In this document: positions 62,358 to 64,000 of the stretch, piece after piece
How positions within the stretch are numbered: the first letter of the stretch is position 1
How the letters are laid out: every line of letters starts with the position of its first letter
NCBI RefSeq assembly: GCF_040938485.1
Contig: NW_027271213.1
Location: forward strand, 744,001 to 808,000
Reading direction: 5' to 3'
Source: Diadema antillarum
Lineage: Eukaryota
Length of the DNA stretch: 64,000 nucleotides
The notes under the pieces: model-generated
Told to the model about the DNA's origin: nothing
What the model saw: only the letters and a program-made list of their open reading frames with translations
Database searches by the model: none
Position numbers and translations under genes: made by a program

Positions 62358-64000
62358 TATGCATAATGCCTTTAGTTGTCTGTACATTGTACTTGGTTAC
62401 GAAAACAATCACAATCTACTTTGTTAAATGGAGAACTTTGTAAATCAAACGAATTGAATACGATGAAAGTAGACTCGACAACGATATTGAATTCCATAAG
62501 CACGAAGCTTTGTAGTGATGGATACTTTGCATTTTCAATATACTTTGTATTACATTTGGAGGTTGAAATACTATCAGAAGACAAGTAATGACTGTATTAT
62601 CATTTCGAAAAGTCATTATTGTTTTGAAATCTCGATTTTTTATTGCTCTTATTAATACTGCGCAAGACTCCGAGATTCCCGCTTTTGTTAGGGAATAAAT
62701 GTATGCGGAAATGGATGATAAAATAAATTAAAATGTATTATACGAGATTTTAAATCATTTAAGTAGCGATAAACTCGTGTGTAGACAATCACGAACATAA
62801 ACGAACGAACAAACAAACAAACAATTTTACAGAATGTGAAAAGTTAATGACAGGGAAACACGGTAACCATCATGGTCATCCTGATCTTCTGCAAACTTCA
62901 GAGATTAATGAATTTCATTTACCATCAACCCTGATTTATTTACTGATCATTGTGATCAATGTTAATGCCTTGCTTTCGAAAACATGAACAGCAGAAAAAA
63001 AAAAACAGATTCAAAAACAAATCCCCTTCCCTATCCTACCTTCCTGCCCCACGCACACACATTTCACTCATAGGGTACAGAACGGATTTTTGTTTGTCCT
63101 GGTTGACCAAACTAGCATTTAAAACACATTCTAGCAACACAGTCCAATCGTATTTCCTGCATTCGGCTACCTTGCTATTTGTTAACTCTGCTTAATTTCC
63201 ACGGTGACGGGCTATTAATACCGCCAAAACGGTGAGCAGTCCGGATAAAATATCAGCCACAGCGCATAGCGTGAAGGGGAGGTTGTATGAGCCACTGGCG
63301 TCGAAAACTGCACCTAGATTTTCGAAGATGAAACAATGGAATTAAACGAAATAAAAAAGGGTTAATATACATGTCCTCCTCTAATGTCATAACGTCATTC
63401 CTCATCTCCATGTTATCCATGCTTCTCCTTTTAATGACAACATAATGATGATATCATTAGGATTAATTCATTACACAGATAGAATTCATATATGAAATAT
63501 ATGATTGGGCAATTGCGGTAATTCAATCATGTTAACCCACTACGAAAAGCTTTATATACTGATACGTCATCGATTTCAGCCTTATAGATTACAGCTTGGT
63601 ATTTCAGAAGTATAATTCTATGAAATTCGGAATTCCATGTCATAACATGTAATTCTGCATGCATTATCCGAGGTATAAGATGAAAGCAAAACTCTATAAT
63701 CAAGGGAATATCCCCCCCCCAAAAAAAAAAAACAAAAAAAAACAAAAACACGACAGCAACAACAAACCAACAACAAATGGTAAATGATACGAGGCGGTTT
63801 TTGTTTGTTTGTTTGTTTGTTGTTATGTTTTTTACTCACTTTTTTAAGGGAGTTATGTGAATTATAATACGTTGTAACGTGATTACTATTCATACTGTAC
63901 TGCATTATCTATCATGCTTCATATCACCCCTTTGATTGGTGATGTTCGTTACTTCAAAGGTAATTCTTCATTCGGAAACCCACACATTCTCTACACATGC

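Overview
Intron-rich, AT-rich animal DNA; the repeat types suggest an echinoderm, probably a sea urchin (inference). There are two N gaps. I found six protein-coding genes, all on the + strand, assembled by hand from GT-AG splice sites with consistent phases. The first is a chordin-like (CHRDL1/2-type) gene: 9 exons at 1844-11594, three VWC domains plus the CHRDL C-terminal region, 5' end not found. The other five form a tandem array of four-exon arylacetamide-deacetylase-like (AADAC/NCEH1 family) lipases, A-E, at 16750-62357, all with intact HGGG, GDSAGG, Asp and His motifs. B and C are a recent tandem duplicate pair, and both carry an internal duplication of the N-terminal membrane-anchor module. 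Introns and intergenic DNA hold many transposons: a three-element PIF/Harbinger stack including a self-nested inverted copy, a hAT element carrying a ~272 bp satellite, a Helentron-type HINE with six perfect DR1 motifs, EnSpm/CACTA- and Kolobok-like MITEs, and L2/CR1 3' ends. There is also a 955 bp Penelope-like foldback insertion with a 13 bp target-site duplication and a minimal hammerhead ribozyme in each arm. A candidate antisense type II membrane ORF with one in-frame TGA is nested in a chordin-like intron. No rRNA, tRNA or CRISPR array was seen. All counts and alignments were done by eye; no database was searched.
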